64,000 bases of DNA from Felis catus (Eukaryota): NCBI RefSeq assembly GCF_018350175.1, contig NC_058368.1:215700001-215764000 (forward strand), read 5' to 3'. A program made the position numbers and the translations under genes. Positions 23,601 to 36,892 of this stretch are shown in pieces; position 1 is the first letter of the stretch, and the number at the start of each line of letters is the position of its first letter. Under the pieces are notes generated by a model that was given only the letters and a program-made list of their open reading frames with translations, was not told the DNA's origin and searched no databases.

Positions 23601-26182
23601 GTGTTTTCTGCTAATAATGATAACTTGTAAATCTGTGACTTTTCTTTAATTTGACCATTTCTGAAATTATGTCTCTGAATACTGAGAAGAGTTCATCTTT
23701 ACTGAGCCGCAATTACCTCCTCCAGACAAACATAGAGCCTTATGACTTTTAGCATTATTTTATTTTCTAAGCTATATAGTATAGTGGTATTTAGCACACT
23801 GAATAGTAACATTGTTAGTATAAACATTAGCTTCTTTGGACTTCTTAAACAAGATGAAAATTTAAATTTGTAAATATAATTGATTCAAATAAAGATATTT
23901 GTTCAATTTTGTTCAATTTTTAATTCACTCCAAAATGTAAAAACAATGGAAATAAAGCAGAATTATCTTGAAAACTATTAAATTATAGTATATCATGAGA
24001 CTTTGTTTCTTCAAAATTAGTTTTATAAATATCTAGTTTATGGGTTAAAACAATGGCTAGTAATTAAATTTTTGTTTTACAGATTTAGGCATTTCAGTCA
24101 GATCCAAACTAGCTATCACTAAATAAAAAAAAGATTGATTTGTCTTCACCACAATATATGTTTTTCCCCTAGAGATCTGAAATATAAATTATGTCAAAGC
24201 TGTTCTTTCTCTCTGTGGATTTAGCCATGCAATTTTAGTCACTACCATGGGAAAGTAGATTTCCAGAATATTCAGAGAATTTATGAAATTAGATAGAGGT
24301 GGCATGGGCCCTTAAGCATGGTGAACATCTATAAGTAGTTGGCCAATTGGAGAATTCGGCTGGGAATGCTGGTTTACATTTACACAAATTCTGCACAATA
24401 CAGAATTCTATCGACACTTGCATGGGTAATAATTATGGGCATCCGAGGGCAAAACTTAACCCATCAGTTCAGAGATTATCAGGATCCAAAACAGAATGAA
24501 TTGTGGGTTAAAGATGGATCCAGAAATGGCTCAGCTAATGAGGAGCTATTGTTACTCCTTTCAAATATAGAATGATATGAACTCATACAATTTATGTTAC
24601 TTATAGTCACAAATTGAGAGAGCTAAAATCAGATTGGAAAACCTGGCCTTTGACTCCCAAAGACTTTCTTTTTCCCACTATATTCTTTTTAAATAATGAA
24701 AAACAAAGCTCTGGTACTTTTACAAATCACTCTAAATATTCACCATGCAAAGTTCTTTAATATATGCTCGCATACATATATACATATAGTAAATCTATTT
24801 CCAACTGGTGGTGTCTACCTCAGAAAGTTATTAATTAGTGTTTCAAAATTTTAATACAGGGAGGCCTTTTCAAATGATCTCTTTTTCCATTGTGAGTTTT
24901 GGTTGACCATGTCTTTCAAGGAATTTACTCATTTCATATAGGTTAGCAATATGGCAGACCATAAAGTGTTGTTCATAATATTCTTCTATTATTCTTTGAA
25001 TGTCTGCAGTATCAGTAGTGATAGACCCTCCTTTGCTTCCATTATTAATAATTTTTATCTTCTCTCTTTTTATTTTACCTGGCTGGAGGTTTATTAGTTT
25101 TTACCTTGTCAGAGAACTGACTTGATTGATTTTTCTTCTAATGACATTCTTTTTTAAACGTCATTGATTTCTGCTCTAATTTGTAAATTATTTCTTCACT
25201 TTTGCTTACTTTGGTTTTAATGTGTTCTTCTTTCTATTTTTTCTTGAGGTGGAAGCTTAGGTTATTAATTTTAGGTGTTTTTTTCTTTCAAATACGTGTG
25301 TTCATTCAATGCTATGCATTTCCCTGTAATCCCTGCTTTCACTGAATCCCACAAATTTTAATAAGCTGTATTTTCATTTTCATTTAGTTCCAAATCTCTA
25401 AAAATTTCCTTAGAGATTTATTCTTTGACCTATGGATTACTTAGAAATGTGTAGTTTAATCTCCAAATATTTTTAATCTTTCTACGTACATTCTGTTATT
25501 AATTTCTAGTTTAGTTCTGAGACCAGAAATCATACTTCTTGTGACTTTTGTTGTTGTTGTTGTTAAGGTATATTTTATGGCCAAGAATGTGGTCTATGTT
25601 GGTAAATGTTCCATGTGAGCTTGAAAAAAATGTACATTATTTGTTGTTGGATGACTTATTCTATAAATGTCAATTAGGTCCAACTGATAGATCATGTCCT
25701 TCAGTTCAACTATGTCTTCACTGATTTTCTGCCTGCTGGATGTTTTAATTACTGATAAGAGTACTTTTGAAGTTTCTAACTCTAATAGTGGTTTCACCTA
25801 TTTCTCCTTGCAGTTTTATCAGTTTTTGTCTTACATATTTTGATAGTCTATTGTTAGGCACATACACGTTAAGAGTTGCTGTATCTTTTTTGAGAATGAT
25901 CTTTTCATTGTTATGTAAACTCCTTTTGATCACTGACAATGTTCCTTGTTCTTGAGTCTGCTTTGTCTGAAATTAATATAATTACTCTGGTTTTCTTTTC
26001 ATTAGTGTTGGCATGGCATCTCTTTTTCCATCCCTTTACTTTTAATCTATGTTCTGCCTTTATGTATAAGGTGGGTTTTTTATAGACAACATATACTTGG
26101 ATTTTGTTTTCTATCTACCCTATGGTCTCTGCCTTTTAATTGATGTATTTAGATCATTTAGATCACCAATGTTTAAGTTATC

Positions 26183-26372
26183 TTTTTTTTTCTTAGAGAG
26201 AGAGAATGTGCAAGTTGGGGAGAGGGGCAGAGGGAGAGAGAAAGAGAATATCAAGCAGACTCCATATTCGACGTAGAGCCTGATAGGGCACTCGATCCCA
26301 TGACCCTGGGATCATGACCTGAGCCAAAATCAAGAATCCAATGCTCAACCTACTGAGCCAACCCAGGCACCC
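26183..26372 (-). mobile_element. CanSINE
   Basis: GA tract and head ccaggcaccc. Confidence 0.9.
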
Positions 26373-26977
26373 ATAAGTTATTGATATATTCAGAATAATA
26401 TCTACTATTTTTGTTACTGTTGTCTTTATTTTTGTTTGGTCCAACTTTTTTCTCTTCCCTCATTTTAACTGAGCATTTTACATAATTCCACTTTTTCTCC
26501 TCTATTATATCAATTATACCTCTTCTATTTCTTTTGTCATTGTCTTGTGGCTGTCTTTGAGTTTAAAATATACCTCTTACTATTAAAACAAGTACACTTA
26601 AAATAACAATATACCACTTCACAGGTATGCAAGTATCTTATAATGGTATTAGGGAATTTCTCCTTCCCATGAATAATTACATGGTGACATTCATTGTTCA
26701 CTGTTCCATAAGTTATAATCATGGACTACATAGCTGCTGTGGTTATTTTGAGAAAGCTCTTATCTGTTCGATTAATTAAAAATAATAAAATATATTAGTT
26801 TATCTTTATTTATTCATTATGTAATCTTCTTCCCTTGTGTATGTAAATATGAGTGTCTGACCTGTATCATTTTTCCTCTTCCTGAAGAATTTTTTTCCAA
26901 TATTTCTTGCAAAGTAGATCTACTGATGAAAAGTGCCTTTAATTTTTGTCGAAAAAAATTCTTTATTTGTCCTTCAA

Positions 26978-27161
26978 TTTTTTTAAGTGTATTTATTTAC
27001 TTTGGGGGGGGGGTTGGAGGGAAAGAGAGGAAGAATCCTAAGCAGGCTCCACATTATAAGTGTCAAGCCAAATGAGGGGCTCAAACTCATGAACCATGAG
27101 ATTGTGACCTGAGCCAAAATCCATAGTCCGACGCCGGCTGAGCAACCCAGACAGGCACCCC
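26978..27161 (-). mobile_element. CanSINE
   Basis: T tail, catgaaccatgagattgtgacctgagcc, head caggcacccc. Confidence 0.88.
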
Positions 27162-27942
27162 TGTCTTTCACTTTTGAAGGATGATTTCACTTGATAAAGA
27201 ATTCTAGGTTAGTGCATATGTTTTTCCCTCCTTTTAACACTTTAAATATATGCTTCCACTCTCTTAGTTGCATGGTTTATGAAGAGAGGTCCAATGGAAT
27301 TCTGCTCTTTCCTTCTGTACGGATAATTTATATCTCCACCTTCCCTGGCTTCTTTCAAAGCTTTCTCTTCGTCTTTGATTTTCTGCTGTTTGAATATGAT
27401 ATTCCGATATAGATACAGATATAGGTATACTTATAGGTATAGATGATACAGATTTGATGTTGGTGTAGATATAGATGGAGATATAGATGATACACACACA
27501 CATTCTTTTTCGTGTTCTCTGAGTATCCTGAATCCATGGCTCGGTGCATATCATTAATTTTGGAAAATTCTCATTCATTATCGCTTCAAATATTTCTTCT
27601 TTTCTTCTTCTCTTGCTGGTATCTTATTACACATATATTACAACTTTTATAATTGTTCTACATTTCCAAGATATGTCCTTTGTATTTGTATGTCTTTGTA
27701 TGTCCTTTGTATTTGCTTTTCCTCTTTGAATTTCAGTTTTGGAAAATGTATTGACATTTCTATAAAGCTCACATATTCTTTCTTTGGTCATATTTCAGCA
27801 AATGTCTGAGCATACCAAAGGCACTTTACATTTCTTTTACGGTGAGTTTTATTTCTAGAATTTTTCTTTATTCTTTCTAGAGTTTTTCTCTGTTTACATT
27901 ACTTTTCTATTCTTGTGTATTGTATATTTTTTCATATTAATC

Positions 27943-28164
27943 ATTTTTTTTAATTTTTTTTCAACGTTTATTTATTTTTGGGACAGAGAGAGACAGAGCA
28001 TGAACGGGGGAGGGGCAGAGAGAGAGGGAGACACAGAATCAGAAACAGGCTCCAGGCTCTGAGCCATCAGCCCAGAGCCCGACACGGGGCTCGAACTCAC
28101 GGACCGCGAGATCGTGACCTGGCTGAAGTCGGACGCTTAACCGACTGCGCCACCCAGGCGCCCC
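27943..28164 (-). mobile_element. Young felid SINE (SINEC_Fc-type)
   Basis: Near-identical to 4985-5202 in reverse complement; TSD aatcattttt. Confidence 0.97.
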
Positions 28165-29344
28165 AATCATTTTTTCCTTTAAACTGCCAATCTGATAATT
28201 CTTACCTTTCTGCCATATATAAATCTGGTTGTCATGCTTACTCTGATTCTTCGAGTGTTTCTTTTTGTCTTTTAGTATGCCATGTAATTCTTGTTGTTAT
28301 TGAAAGTGGGATATGATGTACTACATAAAGTGATCCGAGGTAAAAAGTCTTTAGTGTGAAGGTTTAGGATGATTTGGCTAGGAGTTAGGCTGAGTTTGTG
28401 GTTCGTTGTATCTGTAGGTGTCAGAGGGTAGCATTTTCCCATGTCCTTGTTTGTATTTCCCCTGTTCTCTTGTCTTTGGGTGTCCCTAGAGGCTCCATTT
28501 TTTTTAAAACTTCTTAACTGAAGTATAGTCTACATATATTAAATTAGTTTTAGATGTACAATGCTTAAACCTCTGAGACACACAGTTCTTTCTGTTGTAT
28601 TTCTTGCTATTACATAGTACTCCTACTGATGTAGTAGCAAGGTGTGGGGGAAGGAAAAAATACTGCAGTCCTATTAGTGGCTCTCAGCCTGTGGCCCTGA
28701 GCTGTGACCTGCACAAATGTCTCACTTTCCCCTTCCCTTTCTTAGATAAGACAAGATGTCTAGAGGGGCAGAATTTAGTATTTCTCTTTCCCCATGTAGA
28801 AAGGTACAGTGGACTAGAGTTGGATATTTCTCCTCCCCTAGGTTGCTTAGGCTGTGGTAAAATAATTTCCTTTTAGAACAGGCTTTGTTAAGAAAAATGA
28901 AATATCCCATTTTTAAATGCTTTTTCAAAAGTGGCTACTTTTCCTCTCCCCCTGATGGAACCACACAGGAACTTTTCTCCAATCTCCATTGTAAGAAACT
29001 GGAGGGCTGCCATAGGTAAAATTAACACGAGTTTGGAGTCCCCTAAGGCTGGGGGAACTAGAGTTTTTAACCGTCCAATTAATTCATATTGAAGCTCCAG
29101 CAATTTGTCAATTACAGTTTAGTTTTCCTCTCCCATCACTGGTTCCAGCTGAGATTTCAGTTGCTGACTTACTCTGATTCTCTGTATCCACATGTCTGTC
29201 TCTAGATGAAGTGGTTTTCAAGCTCCTGATGGATGTAAGAAGAATGGCTAATTTTCAGTTCATTCAGCTTCTTCCTTTTGTTAGAATGAGAGTGACAAAT
29301 TCTTTGCTTCTTACATGCTGGACTCAAAACCAGAAGTTTTACAA

Positions 29345-29470
29345 TCTATAATGCTGGACCTAAACCTCTGAATTTCTGATTCATTTTGTCTATAATAAGA
29401 CCCCAAAATTTGTATTTTTAACAAGTTCCAATGTAATGTGGATGATACTGATCTGGGACCACTTTTTTAA
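29345..29470. mobile_element. MER5A-like hAT MITE fragment
   Basis: tttctgattca...atttgtattttaacaagttcc...atgatactgatctgggaccacttt. Confidence 0.65.
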
Positions 29471-30071
29471 AATGACTCTTTTTCACCCATGTACATTTTG
29501 AGTAGATCCTTAAGAAAAAAATAATAGTAAGCAAGTTTCTTGATTTATCCTTCCTTTCATAAATCATTCTTCATTTTGCTACATAGAGAAATCCAAATGT
29601 ATATCTCTGATCTGTATTTTAGCAAATCTTACTGTATTACGGTCTTTCTTCGTTTAGTGTACTGAGCTTTTAGAACATCAGTTGAACTTTCCAATCTGGA
29701 AACTTATGCCCTTAAGTTTTGGAGAAATTTGCTAATTGTTTTTGTGATGATTTCCCTTGGTTCTTATTTTTGGTAATTTCTCCCTAGCCTTTTTTTGTTT
29801 GTGGTCGTATTTGCCATTCCCATATTTATTAATTTCTAACTTCCTTCTTTCTCATCTCATTATCATTGAGGTCTATTTCCGCTAAGCTTTTCTTAACTTT
29901 ATCTTCAATTAATTATTTATGTAATTAGCTTAGTTAATTATCTTTAATTAATTGAAGTTTAGCTGTCATACTTCCTTTTTCTCTCTCTTTGCATCTCTCT
30001 CTCTAAACATTCGCCCAATAATGCAGCCAGAGAAACTAAAATTATTAGAAGACTTATTTGATTTGGAACAG

Positions 30072-30311
30072 ATTTTTTTATTTTTTATTTTTATTTTTTA
30101 AAATATTTTTTAGTGTTTATTTATTTTTGAGATAGAGAGAGACAGAACATGAACGGGAGAGAATCAGAGAGAGGGGGAGACACAGAATCTGAAGCAGGCT
30201 CCAGGCTCTGAGCTGTCAGCACAGAGCCTGATGCGGGGCTCGAAGTCACAGACCATGAGATCATAACCTGAGCTGAAGGATGTTCAACCGACTGAGCCAC
30301 CCAGGCGCCCC
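30072..30311 (-). mobile_element. CanSINE
   Basis: T-rich tail, body and head caggcgcccc. Confidence 0.93.
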
Positions 30312-30389
30312 AGGAATGGATTTTTTTTAAAGAGGAGGAGGAAAACCTATTATCAAATGAATTCTTAGAGGGTGTTACATTTTTAAGTC

Positions 30390-30409
30390 TTTTTAATTTT
30401 TTTCTTCTT

Positions 30410-30457
<48 letters not shown>

Positions 30458-30670
30458 TTATGAGATAGAGAGGGTATGAGTGAGCAAGACAGAGAGAGAG
30501 AGAGAGAGAGAGAGAATCCCACACAAGCTCCTCACTGTCAGCACAGAGCCTGAAACAGGACTTGAGGTCACCTAAAGCATGGCTCAAGCTCATGAACCAT
30601 GAGGTCATGATCTGAGCCGAAATCAAAACTCGGATGCTTAACTGACTGAGCCACCCAGGCCAGGCGCCCC
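30390..30670 (-). mobile_element. CanSINE with (TATC)n tetranucleotide expansion in the tail
   Basis: (TATC)11 at about 30411-30455, GA tract, head with ccagg duplication. Confidence 0.9.
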
Positions 30671-31464
30671 AAGGGTGTTACATCTTATACATGTGTAGAG
30701 AGAATAAAATTGTGATGAGCAAAGGAAGAAAAGACAGTTGGATGACATATCTTTGCTTTCTAAGCCCACTGTGGAATAATCAACTGGAATGTGTACTCTG
30801 GTTTCAAAAGGATAAATCGATATTTCCATTTCTTTAAAGAATCAAATATTTTATCATTTCAAAATGTGAGAAGAAAATAATGCATCTGTATTTCAAGGGA
30901 AGATGGGATAAGATAAATCTTGAGAAAGAGGTAAAACACATAACTCAGAGGTATGTCTAACAATGTTAGACATGATGGAAACAAATGCAAAAAGAACAGA
31001 AAAAAGAACAGAAAGAAGAGAACAGAAAGAGAACAGAAGAGAAAAAGAAAAAAAAAACAATTTGAGAACTTAACAATGTTAGATATAATGGAAACAAATG
31101 TAAGCTAGAGATACTGACATATTTAGTTTACATCTAACTTGCCTGTAAGCCGTATTTATCCTAAGATGTGTATATGCATATGCCCATCTGAAAACAAAAT
31201 GTGCATAATTGCATAAATATCCTTTTTTGAAAAACTGAGGATTACCCTACAAAATAGTCCATAACAGGACTAAACTTGAGGTTAACAAAATGTGATAGCA
31301 ATACAGGGAAGAGATAATTTTGAGTTCAGAATGGATTCTATCATTCAAGTTGTCCTTATGTGCTCATGCCTAGGACTAGGCTTAGATACTACAGGAAATG
31401 TGAGATTACCCATTCAGCAGTGAAAACACTGATGTGCTTGCTTATCCAAGTTAGCCAAACTTAC

Positions 31465-31660
31465 CAAAGTACAGCTGGAAAGTTGGCTTAAATGTGCCAA
31501 GCAGTGCATATTCTAAGATGTTTTAACTTGGGACATGGAAAAGCTTGAGTCTCTCTCTACAGTGGCTGGAGCCTGAACACACACATTTCAGAAGTATCAG
31601 CAGGGATATTTCACTACATGAAGAAAACATGGCTGCTGTGGAAAATAAGGAGGCCACGAC
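31465..31660 (-). other. Candidate internal non-coding (5'UTR or lncRNA) exon, 196 nt
   Basis: Minus strand: acceptor ttttacattttctgtag|GTC and donor CTTTG|gtaagt; unique sequence; stops in all three frames. Confidence 0.4.
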
Positions 31661-33792
31661 CTACAGAAAATGTAAAACCTGAGACAAAGAGAAAGGTCTG
31701 ATGACTTTTAGACTTTTGCTTCTTATTGTATTTGATAGCACCTTTATCTTTGCCCTTTTCCATGGCTTTACACCCTAACCTGCATGTGCATGACAAATGA
31801 ATTGCCTTTTGTTTAGGCATGGGAGTTGTATTCTGTCTCTCACATCTAAGTTCTTTCTGACTACAATGAAATTGAAGCAAAATAAAAATATCAAGAAACA
31901 AAACCAGACTATGGCAATGCTAATAATAACATCGACTACAATGCTTGCAAAAGAAAATATTGATGACAATTTATTTTCACTATCCTCCCCAAACCATCCA
32001 CAATCTTGCAATTTACATTATCAGGCAACATCAACAGTGGCAATTCTACCTTGTGAGAAGTAACTACATTGGTAGAAGTAGTTTATTAGAAAAATATACT
32101 AAGAGTAGATTCTCTTGGGATAAACACTAGCATTGCAGAAACCAGAAATTCACATTGTGGATAGACTTGGGTCTTGTTAATATTCACTAATTCATTGGGG
32201 AATAGTGGTAGCAGCCATATAACAATATTGGTGGTGAAGCGTCAATAATTAGGACTTGAAATCAGGAGAGAAAGTTTTCCAAAAACATGTTGTGGACATC
32301 CTTAGCAGCAGAAGAAAACAAAATGTTGCCTTTCAACTCATTATCAAGAGGACTATTTTAGAATTGCTATCATTACCCAATTGTCCCCCAGGATTTTGTG
32401 GCATAATAAATATGCCTTACAATGAGGTGGTTAGGAATATTTTAGGTAATAAATGTAAACTAATGATTCATCTCTCAAGCAACGTAAGTGATTATTTGGA
32501 AATACATAAGCATTATGTAGATGGAGATTCAAGATTGACAAAATAAAGTAGAATGAATTCTATTCAGGAAAACTAAAGACATATTTTCCTAAACTGAATC
32601 TTTAGGAAACAAAATATTTTCAAGTTGTGTATAATTCCTGGTACTTTGAATGAAACTTGTTAAATAATATTTTTGAAAATACATCCATTCTCAAAAATAA
32701 TATCATTAATTATGCAGTTCTCTAGACATGATTTTCTGTGAGCTTAGTAAATAAATTTAAGGGTTCAACTATTTTTCTGTTCTTTTTAACACATAGAGAA
32801 AGAGTTGAATTTTCTGCAGTTATCAAAGTTTCTCCTTGATCAAAGTTACAAACTAGCCATGTGATTTATTACACTCAGTTAAAATTCTCTGGCATTTTAT
32901 CTCAATGTAACTGACAGCCTGGAAGCTGTATCATGTTTGTCTGGAAAGTGGGAAAAAATTTAAGTATCTTTTCGCTTTGTAATTTTTATTGTTTATTTTG
33001 CAAGGTTATGAAAAATGCCCTTAAAAGGAAATGGCATATTGATTTTAATCTGCATATAGTATACTGATTGTGACAGGAATAAACCAAAACTTAATTTCAT
33101 GCCTTGTTATTGCAGACTGTTACAATGCATTATTTCATTCATTACATTTATATACAATGGAATACACACTTCTTCCGAAAAGACTGATAATGTTACACAT
33201 GCCAATATAGAATAGTCTCTTAAGTTTTATTAAGTGAAAGAACGCACAAAATACAAGATAATATTATATTGTTATAAGAATATAACATTGTATATGTTGG
33301 CATATGTGTGGAGAATATTTGGAAGGACAATCGGAATCTTTGGATTCTGATTCATTTATTTCACTACATGGATATCAAGATGAGACATGATCAGTTATTA
33401 GAAATGCCATCATCTCTGCTGAGCTATGCAACATCTGTTGTGTATCACACATCCACATATGCATGATTCTGTTTAATTTTAAGTCGTGTATCAAGTAGAA
33501 GTTTGTATTGTACTGTAGGCAGTCATTAGGAAATCGATTTAAATATACTTCAATGTTTTTGCCACAATAAGAACATATCATATTCTGTGGCTATTCTGCA
33601 ATGTTAAGCATTTTACACTCTGTAATATTTTAAGATATGAAGGCTCCTTATTTCTGGAGTCTGTTGTCCTACCATCAACTTAGAAACCTTTTCTCTGAGC
33701 TATTAGCACATCAAGAAAGTCCTAACTTTCTTGATAACTGTGAATTCCTATTTTTCACTTGCTTTCCAAATACATTACAAAGTCTAGGCTTC

Positions 33793-34147
33793 TGTATTAA
33801 TCTCCTTGGGTTACTATAATAAAATACCATTGTCTGGATTAAAAAACAGACATTTATTTCTCACCGTTCTGGAGGTTGAGAAGGCTAACATCAGGATGCC
33901 ACTTTGGCTGGATTCTTGGTGAGAATCCTTCTTTGTGGTTTGCAGATGATTGCCTTCTCACCGTGTCCTTGAATGATGGACAGAGAGCTCTGATGTCTCC
34001 CTCTTCCTATAAAGACAGTATTCCTGTCATGGGGGTTCCATACTCAAAGCCTTATAGAAATCCCAAAGGCTCCACCTCCAATTATGATCACATTGCAGGT
34101 TATGGCTTCAACATCTGAATTTGTGAGAACACAAATAGACCACAATA
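33793..34147 (-). mobile_element. MLT1-type solo LTR
   Basis: tgtattaatctcc...aacagacatttatttctcaccgttctggagg...ggcttcaacatctgaattt. Confidence 0.8.
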
Positions 34148-35184
34148 GCCTCTGCTCTTTCTTCAGCTAATATATTCCCAAATTGGAACTCGCAAATATC
34201 CTAGGTCATGCAGTCATTGTCAGTTAAAACTTAAACTAGTTTCTTTCTCGTCTCCCTTTTGCCTCCTGACATATAAAATCCTTGTCATCGTTGCTATTCT
34301 GCCACAGCCTCCTCTATCGTTTTTTGTTTCTTTTGTGTGTAGTTGAGCTTTCCTAATTATTTGTTAGTGGGAGGATTAATTGAATACAAGTTATTCTAGC
34401 AAAGCAACATGTGGAAATTGTATTATGGTATGAATGTGCCTTTCCCTAGTTAATAATAAATTTGAAGTCTTTTTATGTACTTACTGGCCATATTGATTCC
34501 TTCTTTTATAAAATTGCACATCATCTTGATTATTCTTCTATTGGATTATCTTTTTTCTTATTGATTTGTAGGAGGTTTTTTTCCCTCTCTCTCTCTCTCT
34601 CTTTACTATGTGGTCTTCTCTTTACAAGCTTATTCTTTGGCTTATTTTTTAAGTTCACATGTTGCTATGTTTTGATAAACAGATGTTTTCTTAAATGTAG
34701 CCATTGCTACTTACCACAGTACTTTTATTGTTAAGCAATAGTTTGCTACCCAAACATCAATATTTCCCTATATTGTCATCTAATTTTTAAATGCTTTTCC
34801 ATACAGATATCCAAACCAGAAAGGAAAAAAAAACTGTATGCCTATAATTATATACTAATATATAATTATTTTCTACATGTATGTATGCTTGTTTGTCATA
34901 TCTTGAAAATATAATTCTTTCCCTACTACTCTGCAGTATTCTCTTCATTATAAACCACATTTTCATACATGTGTGGATCTGTTTTAGTGATAATCATTTT
35001 ATTTCATTAGTTTATCCTTTATAGATTTATGTCTTATTATTTAATAAGTTATATCAGTGCTGTTCTTTTTATAGAGCATTTTGGCCATTCCTTGATTTTT
35101 ATATATGTTTTAATTTATCTAATTATAAAAAGTATAATGTATTTTTACTGTTAAAAAATAAAGTTGTCAATGATAACCATGTTA

Positions 35185-35407
35185 TTTTTTTTAATATTAG
35201 TTTATTTTTGAGAGAGAGACAGAGACAGAGACAGAGACAGAGACAGAGACAGAGACAGACGGAGGGGCAGAGAGGGAGTCACAGAATTCGAAGCAGGCTC
35301 CAGGCTCTGAGCTGTCAGCACAGAGTCCAATGTGGGGTTCAAACTCATGAAGCGGGAGATCATGACCTGAGTCGAAGTTAGATGCTTAACTGAGCCACCC
35401 AGGCACT
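35185..35407 (-). mobile_element. CanSINE with (GAGACA)n tract
   Basis: Standard body; hexamer expansion at about 35212-35260. Confidence 0.93.
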
Positions 35408-35656
35408 CTGATTGACATCTTTAGAATATTGAGTTTTATAAAATGTGAGCATCACATATATCTCAATTAATTATGATTTACTTAATAAGCATTAATATTT
35501 TAGTTTCCTTTGCAGAAGTCTTATATATTATTGTTTATGTTTATTTATAGGTCTTTGATATTTCCTGAAGTTATGGCAATAGTAACTTAAATTATTTTCT
35601 ACCTATTATTTTTGCTATTTAGAAATGTGATCTTTAAAAAAAATTAGTCAAGTTAT

Positions 35657-35862
35657 GGGGAGCCTGGGTGGCTTTGTCGGTTGAACCTCCGACTTCAGCT
35701 CGGGTCATGCTCTCACGGCTCAGAATTCAAGCCCCATGTCAGGCTCTGCGCTGACAGCTCAGAGCCTGGAGCCTGGTTCAGATTCTGTGTCTCTCTCTCT
35801 CTCTGCCTCTCCCCTGCTCTCTCTCTGTCTCTCTCTCTCGAAATAAATAAACATTAAAAAAA
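35657..35862 (+). mobile_element. CanSINE
   Basis: TSD aaaaaaattagtcaagtt on both sides. Confidence 0.95.
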
Positions 35863-36127
35863 ATTAGTCAAGTTTACTAAGGTATTGTTTATAGACAGTA
35901 AATTTCACCTTTTAGAGTATGGTTATGCAAATGTACATACATGAAACTGCCGAAAAAATTGAAATAAGAATATTTCCATCACCTCTAGAAAATTACTTAT
36001 GCCAGTTGCACTGCATTCTACCCCCTTCCCACTCTGTGACAACCACTGTTCTTATTTCTGTCTCTATACATTTTTTCCCAGAATGTCATATAAATGACAT
36101 AGATGAATCTTGAAATAATTATGTTGA

Positions 36128-36353
36128 GTTTTTTAAATTTTTTTTCTTAATGTTTTTATTTATTTTTGAGACAGAGAGAGACAGAGCATGAGCAGGGAAG
36201 GGGCAGAGAGAGAGGGAGACACAGAACCGGAAGCAGGCTCCAGGCTCTGAGCCATCAGCACAGAGACCAATTCAGGGCTCGAACTCACAGACTGTGAGAT
36301 CATGACCTGAGCTGAAGTCGGACGCTCAACCAACTGAGCCACCCAGGCGCCCC
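36128..36353 (-). mobile_element. CanSINE
   Basis: Standard body; flanking tgttga(g/a)tttt duplication. Confidence 0.95.
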
Positions 36354-36558
36354 TGTTGAATTTTAAAAAAAGACAAAAATAGTACATACTGTATATAACA
36401 TTCTAGAAAATAAAAAAAAAAATAACCCATAGTGATAGAAAACAGATCTATAATTTCCTGGGTGGAGGGGCAGTGGAGAAGGAAGAGGGGTTACAAAGAG
36501 GCATAAATAAACTTTGTGTTATAAAGTAGATATGTTTATTTAAAAAGTTTTTTTTCTT

Positions 36559-36892
36559 AAAGTCCTCATATGAGTGAAGTCATATGATTTTTGTCTTTCT
36601 CTGACTAATTTCACTTAGCCTAATACCCTCCAGTTCCATCCACATAGTTGCAAATGGCAAGACAGATGAATATGAGGGAAGGGAAACAAAAATAATATAA
36701 AAACAGGGAGGGGGACAAAACAGAAGAGACTCGTAAAAATGGAGAACAGAGGGTTACTAGAGGGGTTGTGGCAGGGGGGGGTGGACTAACTGGGTAGGGG
36801 GCATCAAGGGATCTACTCCTGAAATCATTATGTCACTATATGCTAACTAATTTGGATGTAAATTTAAAACAATAAAAATAAATAAGCAAAAT
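36559..36892 (+). mobile_element. Short 5'-inverted L1 insertion (minus-strand ORF2 end joined to plus-strand 3'UTR and A tail)
   Basis: 36559-36662 matches the ORF2-terminal region of the L1 at about 12000-12105 in the same (minus) orientation; 36663-36892 is a sense L1 3'UTR ending in aataaa. Confidence 0.75.

Larger units (their letters stand above)
24860..29340 (-). mobile_element. Old degenerate L1 (L1M-type) spanning ORF2 5' part, ORF1 remnants and 5' region, interrupted by three SINEs
   Basis: Minus-strand ORF fragments resemble the L1 endonuclease (LNVYVPNNR, QLDLIDIYR) and ORF1 (ENFPKLM). Confidence 0.8.

Noticed and set aside
27405..27500. Degenerate (TATAGA)-type hexamer repeat giving ISI-rich ORFs
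   Set aside because: A simple-repeat expansion inside old L1; no sign of function.
27978..28316. Recurrent MGQRETEHERGRG... ORF (also 48686 and 58144) that looks like a gene family
   Set aside because: It is the antisense translation of young CanSINEs.
30958..31103. Repeat-spacer-repeat arrangement resembling a CRISPR unit
   Set aside because: Only two repeats, a low-complexity spacer, mammalian context and no cas genes.
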